From the human T2T-CHM13v2.0 reference genome, Homo sapiens: a stretch of DNA of 64,000 nucleotides. Of this stretch, positions 1 to 18,213 are shown piece by piece (positions within the stretch are counted from its first letter, which is position 1; each line of letters begins with the position of its first letter). The stretch lies in NCBI RefSeq assembly GCF_009914755.1, contig NC_060932.1. One strand, 5' to 3'. The translations under genes were made by a program, and so were the position numbers. The notes under the pieces were generated by a model, which ran no database searches, had not been told where the DNA came from, and saw nothing but the letters and a program-made list of their open reading frames with translations.

Positions 1-3665
<3,665 letters not shown>

Positions 3666-5370
3666 GACAAATTACTAATATCAAGTATAAACAAAAATAT
3701 TGTTATATATACTTTATTCATTTAAAGAATAAGAATACTGTAAATTACTTTATGCTCATCCATTCAAAAACTTAGAAAATATGGAACAATTCTTTCAAAA
3801 AACACAAACTAACCAAACCTAATTGAGATAGGCAATTTGAATACTTCTATAACCATAGAAAGAATTAAATTTATAATTAAGTTCCTGGTCATGCCTAAGC
3901 TGCTGCACTGGAGAATTTCATCAAACATTTAAGGAAGAACTAATACCAATATTATACAATCTGTAACAGAAAATAGAAGAGGAAGGCATATCCCCCAACT
4001 TATTTTATGGGACTCATATTATTCCTATGCCAAAAATAGACAAACAAAACCCATACAAAAAATAAAATACAGGCCTGTATTTCTCATAATTATACATGTG
4101 AGCATTCTCAACAAAATATTGACAAATTGATTCAGTAATTTATTGACCAAGCAAGATTTTTCCAGGTAGTAGGGTTGGTTCAGCATTTGAAAATCAAATA
4201 ATGTAATCCATCATGTCAATAGACCAAAAGAGAAAAATCACATAATTATATCAATTGGCAAAGCACATATAAAATTGTGAGTATCAGAAATACACAAAGA
4301 AACTCTGAAAAGTAGACAGCAAAAAACAAACACTCCAACTATAAAATGGGCAAAAGACATAAACAGATATTTCACAAATAAGAATATAAAGATGGCAAAG
4401 CAGCACATATAAATATAATATCTTTATCCATTAGGTAACTGAAAATTAAAACTACAATGAGATATCACAATACATCTATCACAATGGCTAATATAAAAGC
4501 ACCACCAAATGCTTATAAGAATTTGTGCAAATGGGATTAGTCATATATTGTTAATGGGTATATAAAATGGTACTGTCACTCTGTAAAGCAATTTGATAAT
4601 TTCTTAATAATTAAAAAAATCATGCAATTAATAAGACCTAGTAGTTGCATTCATGTACATTTGTCCCAGGACAATTGAAAATTATGTTTACAATAAAATC
4701 TGTGTGTACATAAATGTTTGTAACATCTTTGTCATAATAGGTCCAAACTGGAAACAACACAAATGTTATTCTTGGGCATTTGGATATATACATGGTTACA
4801 TGGATATATGGTTAAACAAACTGTATTATACCCATATCCTAGAATACTACTCAGCAATAAAAGAGAATAAACAACTGAACACATGCTACAATTTGGATGA
4901 ACCTTCAGGGAATTATGCAGAGTGTAAACAAGCCAGTCCCCAAAATTATTAACTGTATTGTTTCCTTAATATAATATTCTTGACATGACAAAATTATAGA
5001 AATTGAGAATGGATTATTATCTGTGGTGTAATTGGTTGTGATTATGAAAGAGCTGTGGAAGGGATCCTTGTAGCAATGGAACTATTGTGTACTTTGACCC
5101 CTGTAATTTATATAAGCCTACACATGTGATAAATCATATAGAACTAAAATCACACAGACACACATGAATAAATACAGGTACAATCAAATATATCTGAGTA
5201 ATATTAGTGGATTCTATCAATGGAATATATTGGTAGTGATATTGTATACCATAGTTTTACAAGATATCATTTGGGAAATTGAGCAAGATGAACATAGAAT
5301 CTCCTTGTGTTTTTTATTCTGTACATGTATATACAATTATTTCAAAATTAAAAAGTCTATTTTAAAAAAT
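3666..5370 (+). mobile_element. Old L1M (L1MC/L1MD-like) ORF2 fragments and 3'UTR
   Basis: Degenerate ORF2 motifs (AAAATAGAAGAGGAAGG, AAAATGGGCAAAAGACATAAACAGATATTTCAC), ending in TACAATTATTTCAAAATTAAAAAGT. Subfamily from recall. Confidence 0.75.
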
Positions 5371-5474
5371 CTGTGCCAGTATTCAGGGAAATGCTTTACA
5401 TGAACAGTGCGTACAATGCCTAAATAATTAAGAATGAGGGTTGCAGATTATATTAACATGGTAGATTGTGTCTG

Positions 5475-6019
5475 TTGAGTTAGGAACTGTGAAGGTCTGA
5501 GCCTTTGCTGTACTTGCAAAGACATAAGACTAGAAACACAAACACTGTATTACTTATGGCAGAAGTGGCAGTCAGAATATAATCAGTCCTAGATCCCCAA
5601 TCCGTGATCCTCTTGCAATGTTATAAAAAGTGTTAAATGTTACCCATACATGCAGTGGTAAGTATTATAGAAGAGGAAATCTGAAATTAGGATCTGGTTC
5701 TGATGTCACATAAGGGCTTCTGGTGTCTGGTCCATTCTTCCTTCTAGGGGGAAAAAATGGGAATTTATCTTTAGTCTTCAATCCTCTTTGAGAAGAGGAG
5801 GGTAAATTTATTATCCTGAAATGACTTTGGAGACGGGAAAATACTTTCATTATGATACTGTTCAGAAAATAAGCCTACCCACAAACTAGAAGGGAGACAC
5901 TATTTCTTGTGTCCAAGAATGTTTATTATGCTAATTTCCTTTAAAAAGTGGTCAGTGCCCTTTGCTCAGCAAATCTATACAGCAATATGACATGCTCGTG
6001 GAGATTTGTTCCCTAGCAT
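5475..6019. mobile_element. Degenerate LTR remnant (MER21/MER68/MER77-like)
   Basis: TGTGAAGGTCTGAG...TACTTGCAAAG start and ...TTCCCTAGCA end resemble this LTR group; heavily diverged. Confidence 0.35.
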
Positions 6020-6324
6020 GAGACAGATTATTAGAAAGCATAAAAAGAGTTTACACTTCATCCTATTATCCATCCTTTCGACTCATATTTGTCCCATGAT
6101 AGAATTATTTATTGAGTACTTACCTTTCAGATATTTTTGTCATTTTGGGATAAAATTAAAATGTTCATGGCTTTATAGAACCAAGATTGTATTTGGTAAT
6201 AAAGACAGATAACAAAAAGTACAGCATATAAATAAGGGCTAATATAGACATAAATATATAGAGAATTTTCATAGTAACCCTAAGGTATTTAATTTTTCAG
6301 AAGAGAGAAGGCAAGAATATGTGA

Positions 6325-6535
6325 TGCAAGATGGCAACAATAGACCTGGGGACTAATAAAGAGAAGAGGGAGAGAGGAGGGCAAGCGTTAAAAAACTTAC
6401 TGTTGAGTGCTATGCTCACTATCTGGATGACAAGATCATTTGTATCCCAAACCTAAGCATCATGCATTATACCCATGTAACAATCCTGCACATGTACCCC
6501 TTGAATCTGAAAGAAAAGTTGACTTTAAAAAAATT
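6325..6535 (+). mobile_element. L1PB4-like 3'UTR fragment
   Basis: GATGGCAACAATAGAC...GATCATTTGTATCCCAAACC...TACCCATGTAACAATCCTGCACATGTACCCCTTGAATCT. Confidence 0.85.
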
Positions 6536-6959
6536 AGTTAGACAACAGTAACAACAATCTAGTTCTGGGCTAAAAAGTGCCTTAAAAATAATGGTCTTGG
6601 AGAAAAGTGAAGATATTCAAGAAGGTATTCTTTTTTTTTTTTTTTTTTTTTTTTTTAAGAATATTTGAAAAGGTTCTTTTCAAGCTCCACTGATTGACAG
6701 CTGTGGTTGCCTAGAGACTAAGAACACTTAATGAGTTTCCATTGTTCGGTAATCATGCCTGATTGTATCTCAGACAGATTAGAGATAGGTTGAGCATTCA
6801 GTGATAGAAACACATAATATGCAGGGGTATCAGGTGCCCACAATTCCTACTTCCCCCTTAAGGCTTGGGAAAAAAGTCTCTCCCCCCTTAAGGCTTGAAA
6901 AAGAATTGGAAACATACTAATGGGATGGGTGATGAGAAAATTTAGCCACTCAGTAGCAC

Positions 6960-7572
6960 AGTAGTACCCTCTTTAACTGGAGAACATACCTTCCAAGACC
7001 CTCAGTAGATGCTTGAAAATGAAGTTGGTACCAAATCTTATATATGCCAGGTTTTTACCTGTATTACATGCCAATAATAAATGTTATTTTATTATTGATT
7101 TAATTTATAAATGTTATGTGAGTATGGTCTCTCTCAAAATATCTTATTGTACTGTATTCACCATTCTTGTGATGATACAAATTGATAAAATGTCAACATG
7201 ATGAGATGAGGTAAGGTGAACGACACAGGCATTGTGACATACTACAGAAAATACATAAGAAGGAGGAATCATCTGCTTTGGGTAATCCTGGAACAGCAAG
7301 CCATAATGTTGATGATTGGATGCCAGGAGCAGATGATGTCAATGACAAATAGAGTATGCAGTCTGGATACCCCGGACAAAGGGATGAGTTATGTCCCAGG
7401 CAGGACAGATAAGGATGGGTATGCAGTTTCATTGTGCTACTCAGAACAGTGTGCAATTTAAAACCTATGAATTACTTATTTCTGGGAATTTCCATTTAAT
7501 ATTTTCAGACCCTGGTTGATTGAGGATAACTGAAACTGTGGAAATAAAAATACTTATAAAGGGAGATTACCA
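6960..7572 (-). mobile_element. MER44 (Tigger7-derived) DNA transposon
   Basis: Left end AGTAGTACCCTCTTTAAC...TTCCAAGACCCTCAGTAGATGC. Right end ATTTTCAGACCCTGGTTGATTGAGGATAACTGAAACTGTGGAAA...GGGAGATTAC. Both match the MER44 termini as I recall them. Confidence 0.8.
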
Positions 7573-7807
7573 TATTAGCTTTACTAGTCTTATCAAAATT
7601 AGTTTTGATAAATTACTGTGTCAAGAAAAGGTAATTTAGAGAAGCTTAGAGTGTGCATACATTTTTCCAGGAGAACATATAACAGAACAAAAATGAAAAT
7701 AGACTATTAGTACAGGTTATTTGCAGGTTATTTGCAAGAATAATAGATAAAAACATGAAGAACTTGATGTTTATGTAGGCTGTACATATTTTAGTGTTTA
7801 TTTACAC

Positions 7808-7950
7808 CAAGAAATGATAACTACTTGAGGTGATGGATATTCTAAATATGATGACTTGATCATGACACGATCATGACACATTGTATGTTTGTGCCAAAAT
7901 ATCACATATATCCCATAAATAAATGCTATTATGTATTAATGAAAATAATT
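7808..7950 (+). mobile_element. L1MA-type 3' end fragment
   Basis: AAGAAATGATAA...TTGAGGTGATGGATATTCTAA...CAAAATATCACATATATCCCATAAAT. Confidence 0.7.
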
Positions 7951-8700
7951 TGTAAAAGAGTGCTTAACTGTCTAACAAAATAAACATTCTGACAAGCACT
8001 TTATGTTTGATAGTAAACTATACGATTGCTTCCAGCCAAATCTAAAATTTTCATCAAACTACAGCTTTCAATCCACACTAATAATTTAATTAAAACATAA
8101 TAGAAAACCCAGACATCTGTGCTATGAGGCATGGAAAAGTCTCTCCTAGAAACAGGGTCACAAGCAGGCCATTCTGTAGACGGCCTCTGGTAAACTAGTA
8201 AGAGTTACTTCTGGTCAGATGTCATCCTGTGCATGATTGATGGGCTTAGGTATAATTTAATATAATTTTTTCTATTGCCATAACCTTTATATAAGCATAG
8301 AATTAACTACTCTGTAAAAGTAATTTAGAGTATTTTGAAGATTTTCTGCATTGTCAGATATTGAAGCTGTTTCTAAATTTTTATCTTATAAATAAATGAT
8401 GAAATGAGTATCTTAGTGCTTAAGTATGCTGGATATCAGGGCTTATTTCACGAAGAGTGAACTATGGTATGTAAAATTATGTGCAAATGTTTTGAGGTGA
8501 TGTTTTCAAAATTATTAGTATTTTTTTCCTGCTTTATTCACTGCAATTCAGACTATTTCTTGTTTGATGAAAATATTTAGCTACTGTACAAACACATTAA
8601 AGGGAAAGATAAAGGAAATATGCAGTGACACAGCTTATGACATCATCTCTAGCTTATAGAAACACTAAATGCCACAAGTACATGAATTGTTGCACTATGG

Positions 8701-8870
8701 CAGGGGTTGGCAAACTCTTTCAATGAAGGTCCATATTGTAAAAGTTTTAGGCAGTGCGGAACATACAATCTCCTTTGCAACTACTACTCTGCTCTTGTAG
8801 TATGAAGTCAGCTACAGACCATACGCAAAGGAATTACATAGTGTGTTCCAATTACACATTTTTAGGCATT
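8701..8870 (+). mobile_element. MER58A (hAT-Charlie) fragment
   Basis: CAGGGGTTGGCAAACT terminus followed by TTTTAGGC...GCAACTACT...CTCTTGTAGTATGAAGTCAGC. Confidence 0.8.
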
Positions 8871-10097
8871 TGTTTGATTAAATCTGTTTTAATGTACAGC
8901 TTTATGATTAACACCAAGGTTTAAGAATTTGGATTTTTGATAATCAATCTGTACTTTTTTGTGAATTTATTCCGTAATTTCAAATTTTTATTTTTATTCT
9001 TCGCTCTTTTACCATACTGGCAATTTAATAATTATTTGATTGGTCAACTATGTTATAAAAATGAAGGCTTATGTTGTCTAGTTTAGAAAAAAACTGACAA
9101 GTTATTTTCTTAATTTCATGATTCATATACTGTCACATCACAGAGAACAGGCAATGGCTGGAGTTGGTATGGGTTGGAAGGAAACTTTTGATGATTGCTG
9201 TTATTATGTTTGTTTTCTTAGTTTTTGTTTTCTGCCTTTATTTTTTATTATATATGCTGCAATATTAATTGATGTTTTTGACTATCACCCAGAAAGTGTG
9301 GAGAACAAACAATGTAAGAAAGTGGGATGCCAAATGCCTTGCCCATGCTGCTCCAGATCTTCACTTAGTGTTTATGAAAAGTTTCCATAGGCTATGATTT
9401 GTTTGCATTTCTCTCTCTAGCCCACATCCTCTCTAGGTAACATTCTTTTACTATCTCATTGCTATACACACTGAAGAAAATTCACTATCTTGTTATCTGA
9501 AGGTGTAATCACTGGTCTTCTTTAAACTAGGTATTTGAGGTACTGGATATATCAACCTATATGAATTCAGTCTACTGCCCTAAAAATGTGGGACTGTGTT
9601 TTTATTCCCTCTCCAAGTTAATGAGTGAAAAAATATGTAAATAAATTTGGAAAAGTCTTGAGACGTCTCTGAGGCCATTATTTGCAAGGGAGAATTCAAG
9701 AGCTAAGGGCATGTGGCATGAAGCCCCATCCACTCTTCTTTAACTCAGGAAATTCAATAAGGAGAGAATGTGACTCTGAGCAAAATATGGAAGGTGTGAT
9801 GTTGGGTGGTATTCTTCAAGTACTCTTGCTGTAATTGATCATGATGTATCTAAAGACATTGTGTTTGTTCATATAGGAGTAGCTATATGAATTGTAGTAT
9901 GTATGTATGGTTGAATTTAAATTTCTATATCTGGATCTAACTCTGGGTGATAAAATTCAGGGGGTTTCTGTTCTTTATGAACAGAACACTTATTCAATAA
10001 ATATGTATTACTGCCCAGCAATATCCATGAAATTGGTTATGTTAGATTGTGCTGTCCAATTCTTTCAGTAAAAATAGCATGATATTTTGTGTCATAA

Positions 10098-10670
10098 TGA
10101 CCAGACTTTAAACCTCACTCTGACCAAGTTGACCTGAATGTTCACCTCAGCTTGTCTTAACTTTGGACAGGCTTCTTCCTGACTCCAAGTCCCTGACTTT
10201 CCTTTTCTTAGAGCATTTACTTTAGAAAACTTGCCATTGTAAATTATTTCTCTGTCCTTTGAGATGTAAATTTTTAAAAAGCCTCTTACAAGTTTTATAA
10301 TCCAGGACATTCTTTTTCGATGCCCTGGGGACTCTCTCTTTGAAAGGTAAAGATTAAGGAAGACAGTGCACCCAGCTCCTAGTCTCTGTGGGTGATCAGG
10401 GGACTAACTTCAGTGGGCTCCTTGCTCCAAGTTGTAAAACCACCTCTGGCCATGAAGGTAAGAAGAGAAAGTTTAGCTTTCCTTTGGGTAAGGCCAATTA
10501 AGAAACTCAGATGACCTAGGAATCACCCACCCTAGCTCTTAAAATTCTTCCCACTCTTTGTTCCATGAAGGTGAGTTTCCAGGCTTTGTCTGTGCTCTCT
10601 CCCCTGTTGCTGGCATTTCTATCAGAATAAATTGCCGTTTGCCCATCTTGTCTGGTGTGACTTTTCTATA
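10098..10670 (+). mobile_element. ERV1 solo LTR, MER31/MER67-like
   Basis: TTAGAGCATTTACTTTAGAAAACTTGCCATTGTAAATTATTTCTCTGTCCTTTGAGATGTAAAT core; AATAAA at 10626-10631. Confidence 0.65.
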
Positions 10671-10679
10671 TACTAGTTC

Positions 10680-10830
10680 TTTGACATGAGTTGCTAAACT
10701 TCTCTGTGTCTTGGTTTCTGCATTTGTAAAATAAAGACAGGAATCTCTATCTGACAGAATTATTGAGAGTATTCAATGAAAAAATGCATGTTAGCACATG
10801 ACATGGACGTGCATTATACAATGAATAAAT
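10680..10830 (+). mobile_element. MIR SINE
   Basis: MIR core AACTTCTCTGTGTCTTGGTTTCTGCATTTGTAAAAT. Confidence 0.7.
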
Positions 10831-11699
10831 TCTGTTTTTTTTACACCGATCCTTCATCAGGAGAATACGCTTTAAGTGCACACTAACTGACTTTTCTAAC
10901 ATTGACCTTGGCTTTCTACACACATGTCCATATCAAATGTATGGAGGAATGTGTGTATCCTTTACCTGTATGCTGGATTCCCTAAACATTAACCTGAAAC
11001 TATCTTACAGTTGTCTCTCTCTACTTTTATGATAATCACTGTTGAAATCTAGTCCCTAGAGAGTCTACTAAGAGAAAGAACTGCTCAAGTGAGACTCAAT
11101 CCAAGGCTTCAAAAACTTACATATAATAGTGGTTGATGACAAGCATGTAAACAAATAAAAATAACGTAATGCAGAATAGAGAGCTATAAGAGAAGTACAA
11201 GGACAGGATGATAAAATGAAAATTGTCCCCTTACTACCTTTGAAATGCAAAAACAAACTTTGACTCTCGGAAAGACTTCTGCTCCATTATTTAAATTAAA
11301 AATAATGAGTTTAATTGAAACATCTGGTTTCTGAGTTTCCCATAGTAGAGAAACCTGTCCTAGCAGCCAGAACAAATTGTTCCTAAATGACCCTCTTCTG
11401 TCCTCTAGTGGTAATCTGTAGAATTACCTCATCCTCAGTTCAAGATTGACCCATCCCTTTGTTGAAAATAATTTTCCCAAATCCTGCATTTGAGGAGTAG
11501 GAATGTTGAAATATTCTCTAAGCAAACTAAGGCCACAGCAAATAATTTTATATTCTCTGAAAACATAATAAAAGTGAGTATCACCATAGACAGGCTCCAC
11601 ATTTATCCTTGGTTCTGTCAGTTTGACCAAAGGTAGTTACCATGTTTAACTAGGAAGAAATAATGATAATCAGACTAAAAAAGAATAAAAGAATCAAAC

Positions 11700-11935
11700 T
11701 TAATTGACCATTTACCACATGTTAGGGACTCCATTGAATGTTTCATGTACATTCTTTCATTTGATTCTCACAAGAAACTGTGAGGTAGATACTACGGACA
11801 CATTATAGATAGAGACTAAGGGTTAGAGTGGTTAAGTGTCTTTGCTCAAGATCAAACAGGCATCAAGCAAAATATTTGGTATCAAGTGAAATATATGGGA
11901 TCTGGCCCAGCTGTCTGAGTCCACAGCCCTTAGAT
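11700..11935 (-). mobile_element. MIR SINE
   Basis: TCATTTGATTCTCACAAGAAACTGTGAGGTAG...GTGGTTAAGTGTCTTTGCTCAAGATCA is the reverse MIR core. Confidence 0.7.
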
Positions 11936-12139
11936 TTAAGCCTTATACATTCTTCTCTACCTATTAAACTTACTGCAAATAAAATTTCCCAGGTGGCAAC
12001 AAATTTCAGCCAGAATACAAATGGTATCATTTCTTTGCCCCATATTTTCTTCTATTGTCACATTTCTGTGCTATATATATCCAAATTTATTTTTAAAATG
12101 TCTAAAGAGGTTAATGTTACTTCTTCCTTTTTCATTCAT

Positions 12140-13735
12140 ACCTCAGTCCACCTTGTTCTGGATTCTGGCTTCAAACCATCCTACTGAAAATGCTTTTGTT
12201 AAGGTTACCAATGACCTGTGTCAGGTACCACGGAACAAGAATGGGGTATGTAGATCCCCACTGACTTTTACTCAAATCCTCAAAAGACTTACATCTAATA
12301 GACCACTCCATCCTTTAAAAAAATGTTATTTTGTCTCTCATTACTTTTTTTTTTAAGTCTTTATTTTTTCTTCCTCCTCTTTCTTCCCCCTTTTCACCTT
12401 TCTCTTCATCTTCATCTCTCTGGATGCTTTTTAATTTATTTTATAGGCTCACATACTCTATTTGAATTCAGGATAAAGAACTTTTCAGCCACAATTTTTG
12501 GCTCTCTGTTTATTCCTCGATATTAAAAAAAAGTAATATCCATGTATTAAAAAATACATTTATCCAAGTGTAAAAAATATATTTATCCAGTTTACAGTCA
12601 TATTTGTAAAAATACATGTATCCAGTTTACAGTCACATTTGTATCTCTAGCTAAGAAATGTTTAAAAAAGTAAAAATACATGTATCCAGTTTACAGTCAC
12701 ATTTGTATCTCTAGCTAAGAAATTTTCTATGAGATCCCTATCTAAGTAATTGACATCTCCTCTTCCAAGTCTCAAATTTATCTGAAACTAAATATATCCT
12801 AAATATTTATCTCGGATTTTCTCACCAAGTCAAAACATCTTTCTCCATACCTAGTACCTCACATTCTGTCTTATCGCAATAATTATCATATTTATCTAAG
12901 CTACTCTTCAAACTAGAAATGTTCGACCCATACTTTATCTCCACTTCCTTTCCCCCTTATCCCAAACATATAACCAATCAGTAATTCTGTCTCCATTCTT
13001 TTCTCCAACTCCCCATCCAACAGCATTACCCAGAAAGTGACGTCAATCTCCATACCTGCTGCAAAACCCCCAGCCCGTTCACTTGTTCCAGCCTAGCCTA
13101 ATGCTGCCAGAGCGCTAAAAAAATAATAATAATAAAAATTTTAAAAGCTTCTTAATATTCTATTATTTCACTTACCTAATCAAAGTCATTTCAAGGCTTC
13201 TTATTTCACGTAGAATAAAACCTAAACCCTGCAATTGTCAGCATAATTCAGCCTCCACCCATGTTTTCTTACACTCTTCACCTTGAGCAAAACTCCAGCC
13301 ACTCTCATCTCCTTTCATTTCCTCCCACACACTCTACTTCTATTTCCAACCCTGAGTTCCTGGATCCTTATATCCTAGTTGTGAGAAACAACAAAAAGCA
13401 CCATGTACTGGTTTCTGTTTCAAGGCTTTTAACATGCCCTGAATAATTTTCTGCCCCCACAAAGTGTTGCCATGCAGCTACGCATACTCAGCCAATCAAC
13501 ACATTTACTTTTCTTGCTTTGCTATTAATTACTATATAATTTTTCCACGTCACTTACCATTTCCCACATAATATAGAAGTCTCTTGTTAACTATGTTTCA
13601 CTGTTTGCACAACTTTCTTCAATGGAATGTAGACTTCATGAGGGCAAGGACCTTTGTCTTGTTCATTTGTATGACCTTCCATAATAAGGCATTGCACATA
13701 GTAGAAGCACCATCATTATTTGATCAATGAATGAC
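12140..13735 (+). mobile_element. LINE-2 fragments ending in the L2 3' tail
   Basis: CTGAAAATGCTTTTGTTAAGGTTACCAATGACCT; ACTTCATGAGGGCAAGGAC...GCACATAGTAG...TCAATGAATGA. Confidence 0.7.
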
Positions 13736-15039
13736 AAAACGAGTGTGTTATTTTAGGAAATCTATATCATGCAAAGAAAACTTGAATGTGAACAGCATGT
13801 TTTAGCATACCCACTCAAAACCCGTCTACTTTTACTCAAATTCATTTTTTTTCCCTCTGTTTAAATAAATTGAAATTGTCTGGCATAATAAAAATTATGC
13901 TTTATTTTATTTGGCAAAATACCTGTGACAGATATGGTTATTGCTCATTTGTTACCATACTTTCCAGACATCTATTGAAAACCAAGATCTTAAAGAAAAC
14001 TCAGATGCAAGTTTAAGGAGCTAATCTGAACTGTCAACACATTATTATTTTTCACTCTTATTCATGTTACTACATGAGCATATTATAAAGAGCATAAGAG
14101 AGAAAATGCTCTTATTATAAAATAAGATTTGCTAGAGCACATGTTTTTGTTCACTATGGTAACTAAATCTTCCAATATGCAGGCACTAAGTTCATGCAAT
14201 TCAACTGTTTTGGAAATACTAAAATAGAAATATTTAATGTTATCAAAGTGTCTTAAAAAAAAAAAAAACCCAGCCAGTTGCCAGTTCCAGTTGCAAGAAG
14301 TTCAAGGTTGTTGATGTCTTAGAATCTGTATGTTAGTTGATAATTTAGATATATTTAACTCAATAAAGTTACCTTATTTTAGCAACCAGGAAATAAAAAC
14401 AGGTCATAGGAAGGCTCTCTATTTAAAGAAGACTAAAATGTATACACCATCTTAGAATTGAGATATTTTAAATCTCTTATTCAAATAATATAATAGTGTG
14501 ACATATGAATTACAAAATCAATATAAAATGCATAGTGTTATTCTGTTTTCCTTACTTTCTTACTCTAGATTACCAGAATAAATGTCCTTAAAGAGGATTT
14601 GAAGAATATATTGAAAAATTAAAGTATACGGATAAGCATATTTTTCTAAACTCATTTTAATTCTGATATCATTAATTCTTGTCTCTTTAAATGTTTTTTT
14701 ACAATATGTTTATTTCCAAATATATTGCTGGCTCTGTTGTCACTTTATAATATCATGGCCTTGAGATCCCTTGTATAAACTAAGTACTTAGAAGAAAATT
14801 AATATATAGAATTCATTTTAGATTCATCTTCTCATGCTTCTATTTTTAAAATAACACTTGTTTTGTGTTATTTCCTACTCTCTTAAAATAACTATTTATG
14901 AACTAAGGAAATTGACCAATGATGGTCTTACATTAATAATTTATTTTGTTACTAACGTTCTATTGTGGTATAGTATATATTTATAAAATTCAGAAATCAT
15001 AAGTTTACTGTAAAATTAATTTTTATAAAATGAACATAC

Positions 15040-15960
15040 TTATATATTAATAACTTATGCAATACAATATTATGTTCCACACAGGAGCTCCTCTCCTTTC
15101 CCCTGAGCCCCATTCCAGTCACTGCCTGAAGGGCAATTATTTACCTGCATTTCAATCTCATGGATTAGATTTGTATTTTTAATCACTGTATGTAAATTAA
15201 TCATTCAGTACAGACTCTTTTTGTCCAGCTTATTTAGTACACTATTATGGTGATGTACATCAATGTCACAGTGTGTAGCAATAGTTTATTTTAATTGTGC
15301 TGTAATAATTCATTGTAAACATATATCAAATATTTTTATCACGTTCTCTTAGTTGATATTTAAATTGTTTTTGTGTTCTGACTATTGATAACAGAGCTTC
15401 TATGGACATTACTGTACACATCTTTTGGTGAATTTATCAACATATTTCTATTGGGTATGTATTTATAAATAGAAATGCTAGACCGTAACACATGTATGTA
15501 CACACCAGTAGTAGTAACTATCAAATAATTTTCCAAAATAGTTTTATCCGATTATGTAGTGTATGTAACTTCTAATTAATTAACATGCTGGCCAGTAAAA
15601 ATATCATGTGTATTTAGAGCCATTCAAATTAGTGTGCAGTTTGAATGTGTATCCTTTTGTTAATTAAGTAATATTAAGTAATTGAGCAACATTTCCATTT
15701 GGCTACTTTCTTTGATGAAGTAACTTTATTGAGATTTTTGCTCATTCTTCTACTGGATTATTTGATTTTATTGATTGAATTAGAGCATACTTTTATGCTT
15801 TAAACATTATTTCATATTTATGAACATATATGTGTACATGTGTATTTGTGTGTATATACCATAAGGTATATATATGAGTGTGTGTGTGTAGAGTTTTTCC
15901 TACTCTATTCCTTGTTTTTGAATAATGAAAAAGAAAACTTTAATTTTAGTAAAAAACAGC
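15040..15960 (-). mobile_element. Old L1ME-like 3' region
   Basis: Reverse-strand L1M 3' motifs (GTAGCAATAGTTTATTTT, TTCTATTGGGTATGTA...AGAAATGCT). Confidence 0.6.
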
Positions 15961-16286
15961 TTGATGTTAATCTACAAAAAAAAAACTATAGTTGTTTTTA
16001 AGAACCATACTTGTCTAAGATCCATTTCAAGACACGACATTGCATTTAGTTGTCATGGCTCCTTAGTCTCTGCCAGTCTGCGACACTTTTAGTTTTTCCA
16101 CATTTTTCTTGTTCTTCATAATTTTATGAATACTGTTCAAATTTGTTGTAGAATGGCCCTCAACTTGGGATTGTCTGGTATTTTTTCACTGAGAGTGTAA
16201 GGATTTCTTTGAAGAATATCCAAGGGTGAGCTGCCCTTCCGATTGCATTATATTAGAAGATTCACATTGTAAAAATGGCATCACTA

Positions 16287-16600
<314 letters not shown>

Positions 16601-17084
16601 TCACTGGTTAAGGTGGCGTTTTCTGGGTTATTTCACTGTGGTTAGTATTTTTTTTTCCTTTGTACTGTATTTCTTGTAAACAATCATTAAGTCCAGCTCA
16701 CACTCAAAGAGAAGGAAATTAAGTTATATCTACTGGAGAATGGAGTATCTGAACGTATATCTATGTATAAATATGTTATTGAAATTCTACTATAATTTTT
16801 TAAATTTTCCCTAACTTATTTATTTATTCAATCATTTATTTATATACTATATACTCATCAATATCTATTTTATTTTCTGGGTTATCATTAATTACTATTA
16901 TTATTAATTTTATCTCAAATTTTTCCAGTTTGGAAGCTTTTTCAGTTCGTCTCCTCTGTTCTTTTGATGTGCTTACGTTATTAATATATTTTTTACATGC
17001 TTTAATTGATTTATTTTTCTTTCTACCATTAATTTTGTGCTTTATTTGGTTCAACTTTTTCTATGTCTTCCCCTTTTTCTTTTC

Positions 17085-17350
17085 CTTTTTTAAAAAAATT
17101 TTGTATTCGTGGGGTAGATGTGTTTGTTACACAGGAATACTGCATAGTGGTGGAATTAGGCTTCTCATGTTACTGTCACCCAAATATTGAACATTGTATC
17201 CAACAGATAATCGCTCAACCCTCACCCCCATCTCTTCCTTCCCATTTTTGGAGTTATGAGTGTCTTTTATTTCCTTTTTTAGGTCCATGTGTACCCACTG
17301 GTTAACTTATAACTTCCATTTATAAGTGAGAATATCTGATATTTAGTATT
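17085..17350 (-). mobile_element. L1PB/L1MA 3' end fragment
   Basis: TACTGCATAGTGGTG...TCACCCAAATATTGAACATTGTA...TCCATGTGTACCCA...TATAAGTGAGAA. Confidence 0.75.
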
Positions 17351-18179
17351 CTTTTTCTTTTTGCCATTACAAAATGCTCTAGTTTCATATTTTATTTTCC
17401 CTGCCCTAGACCTAAAATAAGCTGTTTTTCCAAGGATCTCTGTATTATTTTTCTATAAGAATGGTATTTAGGAACCAATATCTGGGTTGTGCTAATAGCT
17501 ATTGCTGTGTCACTGCTGACAGGTATCCTCAGTAGAAAGAGCAAGGAAATATATGTACGTATGCCAACTCATGTGTATTTACTTACAGTCATATAAAGAA
17601 TAATACATATAGCCAAATAAATCAGATATAAAATGATTAATCATATATAATATCTATGACTATCAATATTTATCAATCTCAGTGTATATATGGTAAAGTA
17701 AATAAGAGTTTATGCTGATATTTGTGACTAACACCACAGGGTTCATTCTGGCTTTTTCCTTTGCTTGCTTCTTACGCTGTGAGAAGCTTCACTCATTATC
17801 TACCATTAATTTACTTATTTGTTCAATCCCCCAATACAAAGAAATCTAGTATGTCAAGTAGTTTCAGAATTGCTAAACCAAGATCTTCCGGGAGTTTATT
17901 TCAGCAACTTTTCTTGGTGTCTCTGTTCTCTGATGTGTTATGGCTTTGTTGACTATCTGACCTCTTTTGGATTTTAGAGCGAGTGTATGATGAAGATCTC
18001 TTTCAGTTGTTCACATCTAAACTGGAAATTTATGTTTTTTTATTTTTATATGAATAATTAACCCATAACTTTCAGCCATTTTCCTTTTATCATATATATT
18101 TAAGGCTACTCTCTTAAGTACCACTGTCTCTATCCTAGTTTTAGTAAGCACTTTTTTTTCCAGTTTTAGAATTCTACAG

Positions 18180-18181
18180 TT

Positions 18182-18213
<32 letters not shown>

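Noticed and set aside
12549-12723. Repeat-spacer-like pattern suggesting a CRISPR array
   Set aside because: Eukaryotic context, unequal repeat lengths, no unique spacers of regular length, no cas genes
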